From a virus, in the IMG/VR virus record IMGVR_UViG_3300049442_000069: a stretch of 54,201 nt of DNA; one strand, 5' to 3'. Below, one piece after another: positions 1 to 8,672 of the stretch (positions are counted from its first letter, which is position 1; each line of letters starts with the position of its first letter). A program made the position numbers and the translations under genes. The notes under the pieces are model-generated. The model saw only the letters and a list, made by a program, of their open reading frames with translations, ran no database searches and was not told the DNA's origin.

Positions 1-127
1 AAAACGACTGCGGCCTGCCAGCTCTTTGCTGGAAAAAAGCCTGCGCTTCTTTGAATCGCCTCATTTCCGAGTCGTCTCTCAGGTTGACGAATTGCTCCCA
101 TTCCCTGGGAGAAAGCGGAGGGCCGGA
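1..127. repeat. Left copy of an exact 127-bp terminal direct repeat (overlap of a circular or circularly permuted genome)
   Basis: Bases 1-127 (aaaacgactgcggcctgcc...gagggccgga) are identical to 54075-54201. The repeat lies inside a coding frame. Confidence 0.95.
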
Positions 128-3100
128 AGCATTTTCAAACTTGGTGTGCTTCTGCTGTAATTTCCGATACATCGCCTCATCGTGTTCGGCCTTAGTGATG
201 TCACCATTATCCAGTGAGCCTTTCAGTCCGGCGTCACTCATGGTTGATAGCTCCTGCATCCGGGTTTCGGGATCTACAACCAGCGGTATTTCGCGTGCGG
301 TTTTCGGCGGAGTAACCTTGTGCGCGGTGAGTTGATCTCGATCCGGTTTCTTAATCCCGATGCCTTGCTTCTCCAGGTATGCGGCACGATCCCTGAGAAC
401 CTGTTCCACCTCGGGCGGGACCAGTGGCATGGCGTTGATCTTTGCGATCGCTGCATCGGCCTGGGCCTGGCTGTAGGTCTTCGGACCAACATCTTTCTGC
501 CAGCCGTCGATCATTCTTTTGCGGCTCGCCAGTGCTTCTTCCTTGAATTGCTGCGCCAGCTTGTAGGCCTTGTTGAAATCGCCCATCGCCTTGGCGTTTA
601 TCATCTCCCTCAGTGGAGACACCGGAGGAGGCGCGGCTTTGCCGCCAGCTCTTGGCGGAACGAATGGAATTATGTCGCCGCCAGCGGTCTGGCTACCCTG
701 TTGCTGCGGCTGTTGCTGCGGGATGGACGAAAGATGCTTTGCGATCCCTGGGACCGGCGGTTGCGGAGGAGGTTTAGGCTTCTGGAACTCCAGCCCCCCC
801 GGGGGAATTGGAACTTCCCGCTCCGGCCTTGTCGGTTCTGCGGATTTTTGCGTCCAGTCCAGCTTGGTGCTTCTGCTGCTCGGATCGAATGTAGTCCCGC
901 TCGACTGCGCTTGGCTCCCAGGTGTCCCATCCTTCTCCCCAGACTCCAGATCCGCTTCGTGGGGTTTCATCCCCTTCATCAACTTCAGCTCCTCGTCGAT
1001 CTGGTGAATCTCCGCTTCGCTGACTTTCCATTCCGGCAATTTACCCGTCTGTCGGAAATGTCCAATCTCATCCTGAATGGTGAGGCCGATGGCGGTCGCG
1101 TCTCCTTCAGCCAGATCAATACGATAGCCTTTGGTTTCCCCGGGGATAGGCGCACGCACATCGCCTCCCACAAACACGCCTGGCATTTTCGTTCTACGGC
1201 TTCCGTCACCAAGGGTTTCCACGAACCCTCCCTTTTTCCCCACCTTAACCAAAGTGATACCCTTCGGGAGCCATGCCGTGTTATTCTCACCGCCCAGGAA
1301 ATTCTCAACGTGGGCAACTTTGAAGGTGTAGTCAGCCCTGGGGTTATCCTCGGAAGGACCGACATGAACTGTTCTGCTTCCATCGGGATTTGCGGTAACA
1401 TGATCTATGGTCCCGGTTACCAGTTCGACATTGCCTTTGCTGACATGATCCAGAATGCGTCGATCCTGATTGATGCTGGCCTCCGGGCCGAATTTGTGCC
1501 GGGTAACCACGGTCACTTTTTTGGTTCCCAGGTCCAATGACCCTAGGACAGCCTGCGTCACGGCATTGCTGCCGCCATACACCATGCCTTCTTTTCCGTT
1601 GGTCAGATTCTTGAACCGCTCAGTGCTTGCCCAGCCGGTATATTGAGACCCGGGGTAAGGTCTGATTGCTGGTTTTGTCCCAGGAAAAAGGGCCACCCTG
1701 CTTGCGGGAATGGTCTTTATGTTTACGAGAGCATTACCCCTTCTCTCACCGGTAATAACATGAACACTGCCATCCGGTTGGTCGATGATGTTTACGACTT
1801 CCGTGTTGGTCCGGATTTCCGCGCCACCATTTCTGGCGGTCTCGATTTTTGCGTTAAAGTAGTCTCGTCCTGTTGAACCCCGCGCTCCCCTTCCGACATT
1901 AAACAGCTCCAGGGATTCCTTTGCAGCACCACCAGCCCTGGCTCCAGCCTCTATGCCAAGAACCCTGAGTCCCTCGTAAGGAAGATGACCGAGCATCTTA
2001 GATCCGGCTGCTCCAATCCCGACTACAACAACATCGTAATTTTGCCCGGACTTCTCCCAGAGTTTGTGCTGCTCCCTGAAATTATCCCATAGAGCCTGCT
2101 GCTTATCGCCCCAGTCCTGCCTTTCCTCCCTGGTTATTCTCCTGGATTCAGACAGTTTCTCGTAGCGAAGCACCGCATTCTGCAAACCGGCTGCGTCATC
2201 CTCCAGTTGATGGAGTTGAACCTGTTCTTCAGGTTGAAGTTTGGTAGGCTCGGTTGTTTTAATTATCTTACCCGAGGCGTCCCTGCCTTCCCGCCGTTCA
2301 CCGGACAGGAGGCGTCCCAGCTCATGCGTTTTTTCCACCGGGATAGGAAGCGGGTCTTCACCACGGGCAATCCGCGCGGTGTTCTCTATTCTAAGGTCGT
2401 GCAGTTCGTCATCGAGCTGTTTGGCGCGAAGTTGCTCCGGGGTTGATGGTCCTCCTTCGGCCTTGGCCTTGTCCTCGATCGCCTTAACCAGAGCGTCTCT
2501 TTCCTGGGTCTTTAGGATCGACGGTCTTTCTCCGCGTTTGTAGATGTCGGAGATTTCCTTCTGGAGTGCCTTGAGACGGACAACATCCGTGTCGGCTTCC
2601 TTGGCTTGCTGCGGTGCGCCCTTGGCTGCTTCCTCTGCCACCTTCTTCGCTATTTTGTAAATACGATCGTCGTGAGTCAGTTGGTATTCCTGGCTTACCG
2701 CATTGGGGTCACCTTCCGGCCTGACCAGAACACCTCCGGGAACTTTCGTCATTGGCCGGTCAACAACATAGCGTCCCCCATGTGGTGCTTCAATGATGTC
2801 TCCCGGCTGCAACTGGGATGCCGCATATTCAACCTGCTGCCTGCGTTCAGTTATCGCCCTTTCGCGTTCTGGACCGATTTTGGTCTGATTGAAAATATCC
2901 TCATCCGTTGGGAATGTGATCGGAGCAGGCTCATGCCTTGGAGCAGTCCCCATGTTCTGGTCCAGTATTCTCTGCTGCTCCTCCGGGGTTTTGGCGGCAT
3001 ACATTTCCCCGATGCGTTTCTCTACGCCACCCTTGGACGATGCAGGCAGTGGCGGTAAAGCGTCAGGAGGCAGATCTCCAGCGATCTGCTTGTTGAGGTG

Positions 3101-4198
3101 ATCTATCTCTGCCTGCCGCTCCTGAATCCTTTCAGGCGGCATGTCCGGGACGTTTTTCAGCAGATCAATTTCATGCTGTGCTTCCTTAACTCGTCTTTCC
3201 CATCCGCCTATTTGCCCTGGTGTCGCTTTTGGTGCCTCGGATACCACGGGCGCGGCGTTGGGGACGGGTTCTGTGCGTGGTAGCTGCCCCCCTGCTGCCG
3301 CTCCTTGCGGCGTTCCGACAACATAATCGCTATCGCCTGGGATCGGGATTGAACCATCGGGCCGTGCTTGCTGCCCGAGTGCAGTTCCCCCGCCTTGAAC
3401 TTGTGCATCACCTGGTTGCTTGGCATAAGGTTGGACTCCTGGTATTTCCTGCGTTTGGATTGGCGGCTTCGCCAATGGCTCTGTCCCCGGCCCCGGAATT
3501 GGTGGGCCTGGAATCGGCTCCTGAAATTTTACTTCCCCGACACTGCTCTCAAAATCCGCCGGGTTAAAGATACCGGGAGGAGGCGGAACGGCTCCTGGTT
3601 TTGGAATCCCCGGTCGAGCTACGTCACCCATGGCCTTGAGTCCCGCGAGCTGCGCCAGGTCAAGAACGGTTCCTATGCCAACGTCATATCTTTCCTGGGA
3701 GCCAGCCGGAGTCTGGTCTGCTTCGTGGATCTGTTGGGCACGGTTGATAACCTGCTCCGGGAAATCCATCGACTGTCGCAATGGCGGGAACCACAGGCCC
3801 ATCCATTGCTTTATTCCTTCAGGGGTAGTAGGAGCCTGAGTTGGGATACCAGCGGATCGCGCCCACTGCTCTCCGGTCTGCGGCACCATGTTTGAGATAT
3901 ATTTCCCAACCGCCGAAGCGGTCTTCCCGAATGGCGCGGGGTAGTTACTCCAGTCCACTGGCTTGTATTGTTCCGCCGCGTTCTTCTGAGTGAACGCCAT
4001 ATATCTCTGGAACATCCCCATGGCACCATCGGTGGCGGGAGTGGAAGAAACAGGAGCGGATGGTTGAGGCTGCGCTGTTGCGGCAGGCTTGTTGCCGCCA
4101 GTGACCTGCTCCCAGGATAACGCCCCGGAACTGTCAGGCTGCTGCGGTGGAGGAGAAGACCCTCCTACCACCTCCTCGTATGAAAGACCGTCTGCCAT
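1..4198 (-). CDS. Giant multidomain virion-associated (polyvalent-type / internal) protein, N-terminal 1,399 codons. Continues across the junction into 52339..54201 (1,977 aa in total).
   Basis: Hand translation of the minus strand, with codon first bases at positions = 1 mod 3. The ATG at 4198-4196 lies 2 nt after the TAA (4203-4201) of the upstream gene, and there is no stop codon down to base 1. Base 64, which equals the Met of track ORF 52339..54138 via the repeat, is in the same frame. The ORF is absent from the track because it has no stop inside the left edge. N-terminus: MADGLSYEEVVGGSSPPPQQPDSS. Confidence 0.85.
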   Translation of the reverse strand, partial: MADGLSYEEVVGGSSPPPQQPDSSGALSWEQVTGGNKPAATAQPQPSAPVSSTPATDGAMGMFQRYMAFTQKNAAEQYKPVDWSNYPAPFGKTASAVGKYISNMVPQTGEQWARSAGIPTQAPTTPEGIKQWMGLWFPPLRQSMDFPEQVINRAQQIHEADQTPAGSQERYDVGIGTVLDLAQLAGLKAMGDVARPGIPKPGAVPPPPGIFNPADFESSVGEVKFQEPIPGPPIPGPGTEPLAKPPIQTQEIPGVQPYAKQPGDAQVQGGGTALGQQARPDGSIPIPGDSDYVVGTPQGAAAGGQLPRTEPVPNAAPVVSEAPKATPGQIGGWERRVKEAQHEIDLLKNVPDMPPERIQERQAEIDHLNKQIAGDLPPDALPPLPASSKGGVEKRIGEMYAAKTPEEQQRILDQNMGTAPRHEPAPITFPTDEDIFNQTKIGPERERAITERRQQVEYAASQLQPGDIIEAPHGGRYVVDRPMTKVPGGVLVRPEGDPNAVSQEYQLTHDDRIYKIAKKVAEEAAKGAPQQAKEADTDVVRLKALQKEISDIYKRGERPSILKTQERDALVKAIEDKAKAEGGPSTPEQLRAKQLDDELHDLRIENTARIARGEDPLPIPVEKTHELGRLLSGERREGRDASGKIIKTTEPTKLQPEEQVQLHQLEDDAAGLQNAVLRYEKLSESRRITREERQDWGDKQQALWDNFREQHKLWEKSGQNYDVVVVGIGAAGSKMLGHLPYEGLRVLGIEAGARAGGAAKESLELFNVGRGARGSTGRDYFNAKIETARNGGAEIRTNTEVVNIIDQPDGSVHVITGERRGNALVNIKTIPASRVALFPGTKPAIRPYPGSQYTGWASTERFKNLTNGKEGMVYGGSNAVTQAVLGSLDLGTKKVTVVTRHKFGPEASINQDRRILDHVSKGNVELVTGTIDHVTANPDGSRTVHVGPSEDNPRADYTFKVAHVENFLGGENNTAWLPKGITLVKVGKKGGFVETLGDGSRRTKMPGVFVGGDVRAPIPGETKGYRIDLAEGDATAIGLTIQDEIGHFRQTGKLPEWKVSEAEIHQIDEELKLMKGMKPHEADLESGEKDGTPGSQAQSSGTTFDPSSRSTKLDWTQKSAEPTRPEREVPIPPGGLEFQKPKPPPQPPVPGIAKHLSSIPQQQPQQQGSQTAGGDIIPFVPPRAGGKAAPPPVSPLREMINAKAMGDFNKAYKLAQQFKEEALASRKRMIDGWQKDVGPKTYSQAQADAAIAKINAMPLVPPEVEQVLRDRAAYLEKQGIGIKKPDRDQLTAHKVTPPKTAREIPLVVDPETRMQELSTMSDAGLKGSLDNGDITKAEHDEAMYRKLQQKHTKFENASGPPLSPREWEQFVNLRDDSEMRRFKEAQAFFQQRAGRPQSF
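1049..2044 (-). other. FAD/NAD(P)-binding pyridine-nucleotide oxidoreductase domain (thioredoxin-reductase-like, no CxxC) inside the giant ORF
   Basis: Hand-translated motifs, in order: NYDVVVVGIGAAGSKMLG (GxGxxG), VLGIEAGARAGG, MVYGGSNAVTQAVLGSLDLGTKKVTVVTR (second dinucleotide-binding motif) and TKMPGVFVGGDV (GD motif). This is the order seen in two-Rossmann TrxR-type flavoproteins. There is no cysteine in the domain. Confidence 0.7.
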
Positions 4199-4200
4199 TT

Positions 4201-5181
4201 TTACGGTGGGACAAATTGTGTTCCCGTCCAGCGCAGATCACCCTGGTCCGTTTGATAAACCACACCGGCCTGCATCTGCTGCTTCGTCGTTGGCAGCGGT
4301 TGCGTTTGGTAGGTTCCCTTATCCACCGATGGCAGGGACGATACTCTGTCCTGGATTTGCTGGTATCTCCTGGCCTGATCGGTCAGCCATTGCGAGGAAA
4401 TTATTCGCGGCTTCCCAACGGGCTTGCCGTTCACATACTGCTGGATTTGCTTCATCCCCGTGGATGGTGCTTCCGGCTTGGGGTAACCAGGCACTCCCAG
4501 TCTCTGTTGCCAGGTCAGACCTGCCTTCTGCTCGTCTGTCAGTTCCCCGGGAACATCCGGGTATAATTCCGGATGCAGCACAGGGTTGGTGTCAGTGTTC
4601 TGAATGTTGCCCCAAAGCTGGCTGCTAACACCATGCTGCCAGGCCTTGGTGTCGGACTCGATTCCTCTCCTGGCATTGATAACAGCGTTCTGTTGCAGCC
4701 GCGCCTTGTTATTCCTGGCCTGAGTGTAGAACGAAGGCGGAGCATACTGGTAATCAGGGTTTCCGAGGATGTTGTCGATCTTCGACATGTAATCAGGGTC
4801 GAGTGGATTCGCGTCGAGGCTGGCGAAGTCCCTGGAAATTCCAGAAACGCTGTCCTGCATCTTTTTTCTGTCACCCACTTTTTCATCGAAGATGTCCTGC
4901 TTTAACTGGAGCGCACCTTCCCTCAAGCCCACGCCTTGCTGCATCCCATAAAGCTTCATCTCGTTCAGCTTGTCCTTCATCGCGCTGTCTGCTTCGATCT
5001 GGGCGTTCTTCTGCTGCAACGCCTGCATTTTGCCTTCAAACTCCTGCTGCTTCAGCTTGAGTCCGGTGGACAAAGCCCATGCATTAAGGAACGTCTCCGC
5101 CGGATTCCCGAGGGCGATGTTCTTGTAGGGGATCTGATTGGCGTCAGCCTGTGCTGCTGTTAGTCCTGATGCGTCTGCCAT
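4201..5181 (-). CDS. Hypothetical virion protein (candidate internal/ejection protein), cysteine-free, Q-rich
   Basis: Track ORF of 326 aa. It is tightly packed between minus-strand structural genes and is followed 2 nt later by the giant ORF start. No recognisable motif. Confidence 0.7.
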   Translation of the reverse strand: MADASGLTAAQADANQIPYKNIALGNPAETFLNAWALSTGLKLKQQEFEGKMQALQQKNAQIEADSAMKDKLNEMKLYGMQQGVGLREGALQLKQDIFDEKVGDRKKMQDSVSGISRDFASLDANPLDPDYMSKIDNILGNPDYQYAPPSFYTQARNNKARLQQNAVINARRGIESDTKAWQHGVSSQLWGNIQNTDTNPVLHPELYPDVPGELTDEQKAGLTWQQRLGVPGYPKPEAPSTGMKQIQQYVNGKPVGKPRIISSQWLTDQARRYQQIQDRVSSLPSVDKGTYQTQPLPTTKQQMQAGVVYQTDQGDLRWTGTQFVPP

Positions 5182-5186
5182 AATGT

Positions 5187-6113
5187 TTATCCTTGGTTGA
5201 AGTGCAGGTTGCCTCCGAGGAGATTAGAGAACGACCCTATCAGGCCCGGGTATTGCGATGAAGGATTAACTGCCGGGCCGTAACCACCAGCGGGAATCGC
5301 TGCGGGATAACCGCTCTCTCCATAGACAGGCCGTGATGCTCCAGCGGCTGCGTAGTTCGCGCTGAGTGCGCCCATGTCGGAACCCGAGGGACCGCCCTGC
5401 GCTGAAGAAGCGAAGTAGTTTGGCGCGACTCCGCCGCCACCACCGCCTTTCCCTGCACCAAGGTAGGCACCAATCAGATTGATGATGGTGTCACTGATTC
5501 CTTTTGCCACGGGGTTGGGAGCAGCTCTTTGGTTTTCCGCGCGTTGCTCAGTCTGCTGCCTGTAAAGATTGTTCTGCATGGTCATGGCAGCCTGCTCCTG
5601 TGGCGAGATAAAGAACGACGCAGGATTCATGTTCAACTGACTGGCCATCGACGCCCATGTCTGTGCAGCGTTCTGCCCGGCCTGACCGGTTGCTATTCCC
5701 TTGTTAATCATGTCCAGGGATGTGAGACCGAGATTCCTCGCCTGGTTCGCGGTCCCCATCGCGCCACCCCACAAACCGGAACCGAGATTCTGGAACGCAG
5801 TGCTTCTGGTAACCTGGTCAACGACATCCTGCGGGATTTGTCCGGCCAGCTCCTCGGCGGAAAGGCTCTGCAACGTCTTGGTGAGATCGCCGCCACGCGC
5901 GAGAATATCGCTAAACCCGGGGATGGAGCGGTTCATCATCCCCAGCATGTAATCGTAATACTCGCCACCCAGAGACTTGATCCACGGCATTGCCGCCAGA
6001 TCTTCCTTGAGAGCCTTTATCTGCTCATCACCAAGGTTGGTTGGAGTGTAGGGAATGATGTCCGGGGTTGATCCGAACACCTCTGAAAGAACCGGTATGT
6101 TGTCTGATGGCAT
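5187..6113 (-). CDS. Hypothetical virion protein with a Gly-rich C-terminal half (GKGGGGGG), cysteine-free
   Basis: Track ORF of 308 aa, with 5-nt and 3-nt gaps to its neighbours in the same operon. Confidence 0.7.
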   Translation of the reverse strand: MPSDNIPVLSEVFGSTPDIIPYTPTNLGDEQIKALKEDLAAMPWIKSLGGEYYDYMLGMMNRSIPGFSDILARGGDLTKTLQSLSAEELAGQIPQDVVDQVTRSTAFQNLGSGLWGGAMGTANQARNLGLTSLDMINKGIATGQAGQNAAQTWASMASQLNMNPASFFISPQEQAAMTMQNNLYRQQTEQRAENQRAAPNPVAKGISDTIINLIGAYLGAGKGGGGGGVAPNYFASSAQGGPSGSDMGALSANYAAAGASRPVYGESGYPAAIPAGGYGPAVNPSSQYPGLIGSFSNLLGGNLHFNQG

Positions 6114-6116
6114 GGT

Positions 6117-7520
6117 TTATAGGCTCCCGAATGTGCCCACATCTCCAAGGCTGAATCCCTCAGTCTGGATGTGAACAGTGTGACGGATTCCTCCGAGGTA
6201 AGCCCGGAGTTCTTTATCCAGTATGTCGAGTGCTGCCTGCTGGTTGACCGACGCATTCTGCCAGTCTTCCTTCTCCTCCAGGAACTTGGCGGTCACCATC
6301 AGTCGAATGGCCTCGTAATTCTTGATCGTCATTATGTCGCTGGGTTCCTTCAAGATCCATCTGATCTTCACCGCGAGCGTGATAGTTGACCCATTGCAGC
6401 AGTCGGCAATCAACCTGTATTTCCGGCGCGGATGGCTGAACCCAGGCTGGAGTTTGTCGCCCTGGTCGATCAGCATCGAGCCGCAAGGAGAACACCCCGG
6501 GCCATTGTCCAGATGCTGGAAGAACTGACTCCGGATCGGAATGGGGCGACCGTTCAAATTGATTCCCAGGACCGCTTCGACACTCAGCGGCATATAGATG
6601 ACGCCGCCCACCACGGTAGCCTGGATTGTTTGCACGCAATCTTTCCAGATTCCGCGCTCCATCAGCCTTCGTTCTGACTGTTGAACGTGCCATGTGAGAT
6701 CTCTCTTGGCGGTGTGCAACGCCTGCGGGAGATCCAATGCGATCTGCGCCCTCATCCAGCCGAGGGAATCCTGCGGGAATTTCTGGATGTCGAGAAGGTA
6801 ATTGCTTTTCCGCAGCGCGAAGTTGCGCGGGTCGAGCATGTGCTTCTTCACTTCCTGCTGCAACATCTCCAGTCCGGTCTGGCGGTATTGCTGGCCATCG
6901 GCCACCGCGTTGTTCTCGTAACGCTCGATCGACAGAATGATGCACTTGATGGCTTCGACGTTCTGAACAATGAGGTAGTCCTCATCGTTGGTGACGGGGA
7001 GGTAACGCCGCGCTCCGGCGCAGTTCACGGTGGCGTTCCCAGGCTCAAGCCCGGGGTAATAATAGACCCTTCTCAGATCCGATGCGTCGTTGGGATTGGC
7101 GACCAAGCCGAGATCAATCAGTGGGTTGTCCATCTGTTGCTCCGGCTCCAGGTAAGTCGAGCTGCTGGTGATTTCATACCAGCTCTGAGTGACGTCCTTG
7201 CTGCCATACACCTTGACGTCAGCCGAGGCTGCGGGATGCGCCTCAATGATGTTCTCCATCTGCGGCGGCAGAATGAGAAACTTCGGGAACTCAGTGATCG
7301 GAGTGATGTTGGCCGCAATCATTCCTCCCACGGGGATCATGGCATCGAGAATAATCTTGGTGGCCTCGTTGAGACGCACCATCACCCGTGGATCGTCAGC
7401 GCAGACACCATTGTCCACTACGCCGCAGATCATGGGAGCAACGTCTTTGAATTGCAGGCCGCCAACGATCACCGGGGGAGGAGGAAAGGTGATGTCCGAA
7501 ATGTCAGGGATGTCGATCAT
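6117..7520 (-). CDS. Hypothetical tail/adaptor-type structural protein
   Basis: Track ORF 6117..7550 begins with TTG. The in-frame ATG at 7520 forms an ATGA overlap with the stop (7519-7517) of the upstream gene, so that start is preferred. Cys-rich, unlike its downstream neighbours. Confidence 0.65.
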   Translation of the reverse strand: MIDIPDISDITFPPPPVIVGGLQFKDVAPMICGVVDNGVCADDPRVMVRLNEATKIILDAMIPVGGMIAANITPITEFPKFLILPPQMENIIEAHPAASADVKVYGSKDVTQSWYEITSSSTYLEPEQQMDNPLIDLGLVANPNDASDLRRVYYYPGLEPGNATVNCAGARRYLPVTNDEDYLIVQNVEAIKCIILSIERYENNAVADGQQYRQTGLEMLQQEVKKHMLDPRNFALRKSNYLLDIQKFPQDSLGWMRAQIALDLPQALHTAKRDLTWHVQQSERRLMERGIWKDCVQTIQATVVGGVIYMPLSVEAVLGINLNGRPIPIRSQFFQHLDNGPGCSPCGSMLIDQGDKLQPGFSHPRRKYRLIADCCNGSTITLAVKIRWILKEPSDIMTIKNYEAIRLMVTAKFLEEKEDWQNASVNQQAALDILDKELRAYLGGIRHTVHIQTEGFSLGDVGTFGSL

Positions 7521-8350
7521 GCTGTGCTGTATCCTACGAAGATTATCCAACCAAGGGCGATGAAAGGAGGCAGTGTGGTCACTGCTTCGATGGGAGGATC
7601 TGTGTCCGGGGTTCTCCCCTTGTCAGCCGGAATCAACAGGTGATTTGGCGGGTCGTTAGGCTCCGGAGTTCCCGAGTCCGGCCCGGTGACAATTTTCTTG
7701 GGAAGCCCATACATCTGGCCCTGGTCATCCCGCGCGTTGGCATTCGCGGTCCATCGCCCCACCCACAGATCACTGCTGGGATTACGAAACGTGTTGGCCT
7801 CAGTCGCGGTCACTTCAAACTTCCCACCGGTCTTCTGGTCGGTTGGGTTCTTCGCGGTGTCGATGAACGCCTGCCAGCCGTTGTCGTAGTCGGTGTGGCT
7901 GTTGGATTTGTTCATGTGTGCGCCCATGAGAAACTTGTCGGAATAGTCCGGCCTTCCGTCTTTTCCGTTGCACAGTCCCCAGCCGTCGTAGTTGCCGGTC
8001 ACATTCCCCAGGCCCGTGGAGTCGAAGTCAGAGTGAGGATCGTTGTCGTGATACCCCGGGGCACCGGAGTAACCTCGGATCTCTCCCAGCATTCCGTTGT
8101 AAACTCTGCGCCATTTGTTGTGGTAGAACACCTTGATGTTCACAGGGCGTCCCTGGGCGTCCTTCTCAAACCACACCTTGTCCTGATCCTGGACGTCCGG
8201 GGTTCCATTGCGAAGAACGACACTCAGGTAGGAGTCCTGGATCGTGGAGCTGACCAGTCGATTAGCCAGCGCGAAAAGTTGCTGAAGATTCAGTGGCGAT
8301 TCGCCCGGATCGGGCATCGCAAATTCAGTGAGAATGTCTGGCGGATTCAT
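7517..8350 (-). CDS. Phage tail-collar-domain fibre/spike protein
   Basis: Track ORF 7517..8383 has a TTG start. The ATG at 8350 (MNPPDILTEF) is preferred. Motifs MLGEIRGYSG and GWGLCNGKDGRPDYSDKFLMG resemble the tail-collar signature (GEIR...GW.lCdG..GtPDlrgrF). Confidence 0.55.
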   Translation of the reverse strand: MNPPDILTEFAMPDPGESPLNLQQLFALANRLVSSTIQDSYLSVVLRNGTPDVQDQDKVWFEKDAQGRPVNIKVFYHNKWRRVYNGMLGEIRGYSGAPGYHDNDPHSDFDSTGLGNVTGNYDGWGLCNGKDGRPDYSDKFLMGAHMNKSNSHTDYDNGWQAFIDTAKNPTDQKTGGKFEVTATEANTFRNPSSDLWVGRWTANANARDDQGQMYGLPKKIVTGPDSGTPEPNDPPNHLLIPADKGRTPDTDPPIEAVTTLPPFIALGWIIFVGYSTA

Positions 8351-8357
8351 AGGCAGT

Positions 8358-8672
8358 CTAACATTTTGATGTGCTTTTCTCAACGATCTTCTGGGCGTGC
8401 AAACGGAACCTGTCGATCACCACATGTCCGGTGCCAGTCATCTTGATCTGGAAATCGTAACCCCGGCGTAGTTGCCTGCCAGTGGTGGCATCGCAGTCGT
8501 TGGCGGGTTTGCCCAGGGGAACCCGTGGCGCGAACCCGGCGCGTGCCGATGGAAGCCCGGCCATGTCGATTGCCCCGGCCTCTCCGATCATGTCGAACTT
8601 CTGGGTGAACTCCCGCCACAGAATCCACGAAGGATACTGATCTGGCCGGTAGTAGATTCGCATGGTGTGCAT
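8358..8672 (-). CDS. Hypothetical small structural protein
   Basis: Track ORF 8358..8696 has a GTG start. The ATG at 8672 overlaps the upstream TAA (TAATG) and is preferred. Confidence 0.5.
   Translation of the reverse strand: MHTMRIYYRPDQYPSWILWREFTQKFDMIGEAGAIDMAGLPSARAGFAPRVPLGKPANDCDATTGRQLRRGYDFQIKMTGTGHVVIDRFRLHAQKIVEKSTSKC

Noticed and set aside
1-127. The terminal repeat as a genuine phage direct terminal repeat (physical genome ends).
   Set aside because: It lies inside a continuous coding frame and has the look of an assembler overlap. Only read-level data could prove otherwise.
1-4198. The giant ORF as a tape-measure protein.
   Set aside because: It lies after the fibre and tail genes at the distal end of the operon rather than between tail-chaperone and baseplate genes. 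No tail-tube or sheath genes were recognised. It carries enzyme-like domains. An internal/ejected polyvalent protein fits better, but virion proteomics would be needed to settle it.
51-4628. Many plus-strand ORFs in the track (for example 320..1540 of 406 aa, 2606..3058, 3368..3895, 4089..4628) in a region with no listed long minus-strand ORF. At first sight this suggested either plus-strand genes or a stop-codon-recoded gene.
   Set aside because: The minus-strand frame = 1 mod 3 is completely open in the standard code from 4198 to 1 and encodes sensible domains. The plus-strand ORFs are Arg/Cys/Leu-rich antisense shadows with alternative start codons. No recoding needs to be invoked.
6214-8446. 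Long alternative-frame and antisense ORFs (6214..6945 minus 243 aa, 6681..7643 plus 320 aa, 7640..8446 plus 268 aa).
   Set aside because: Arg/Gly/His-rich composition, full overlap with well-packed minus-strand structural genes, and no coupling signals.
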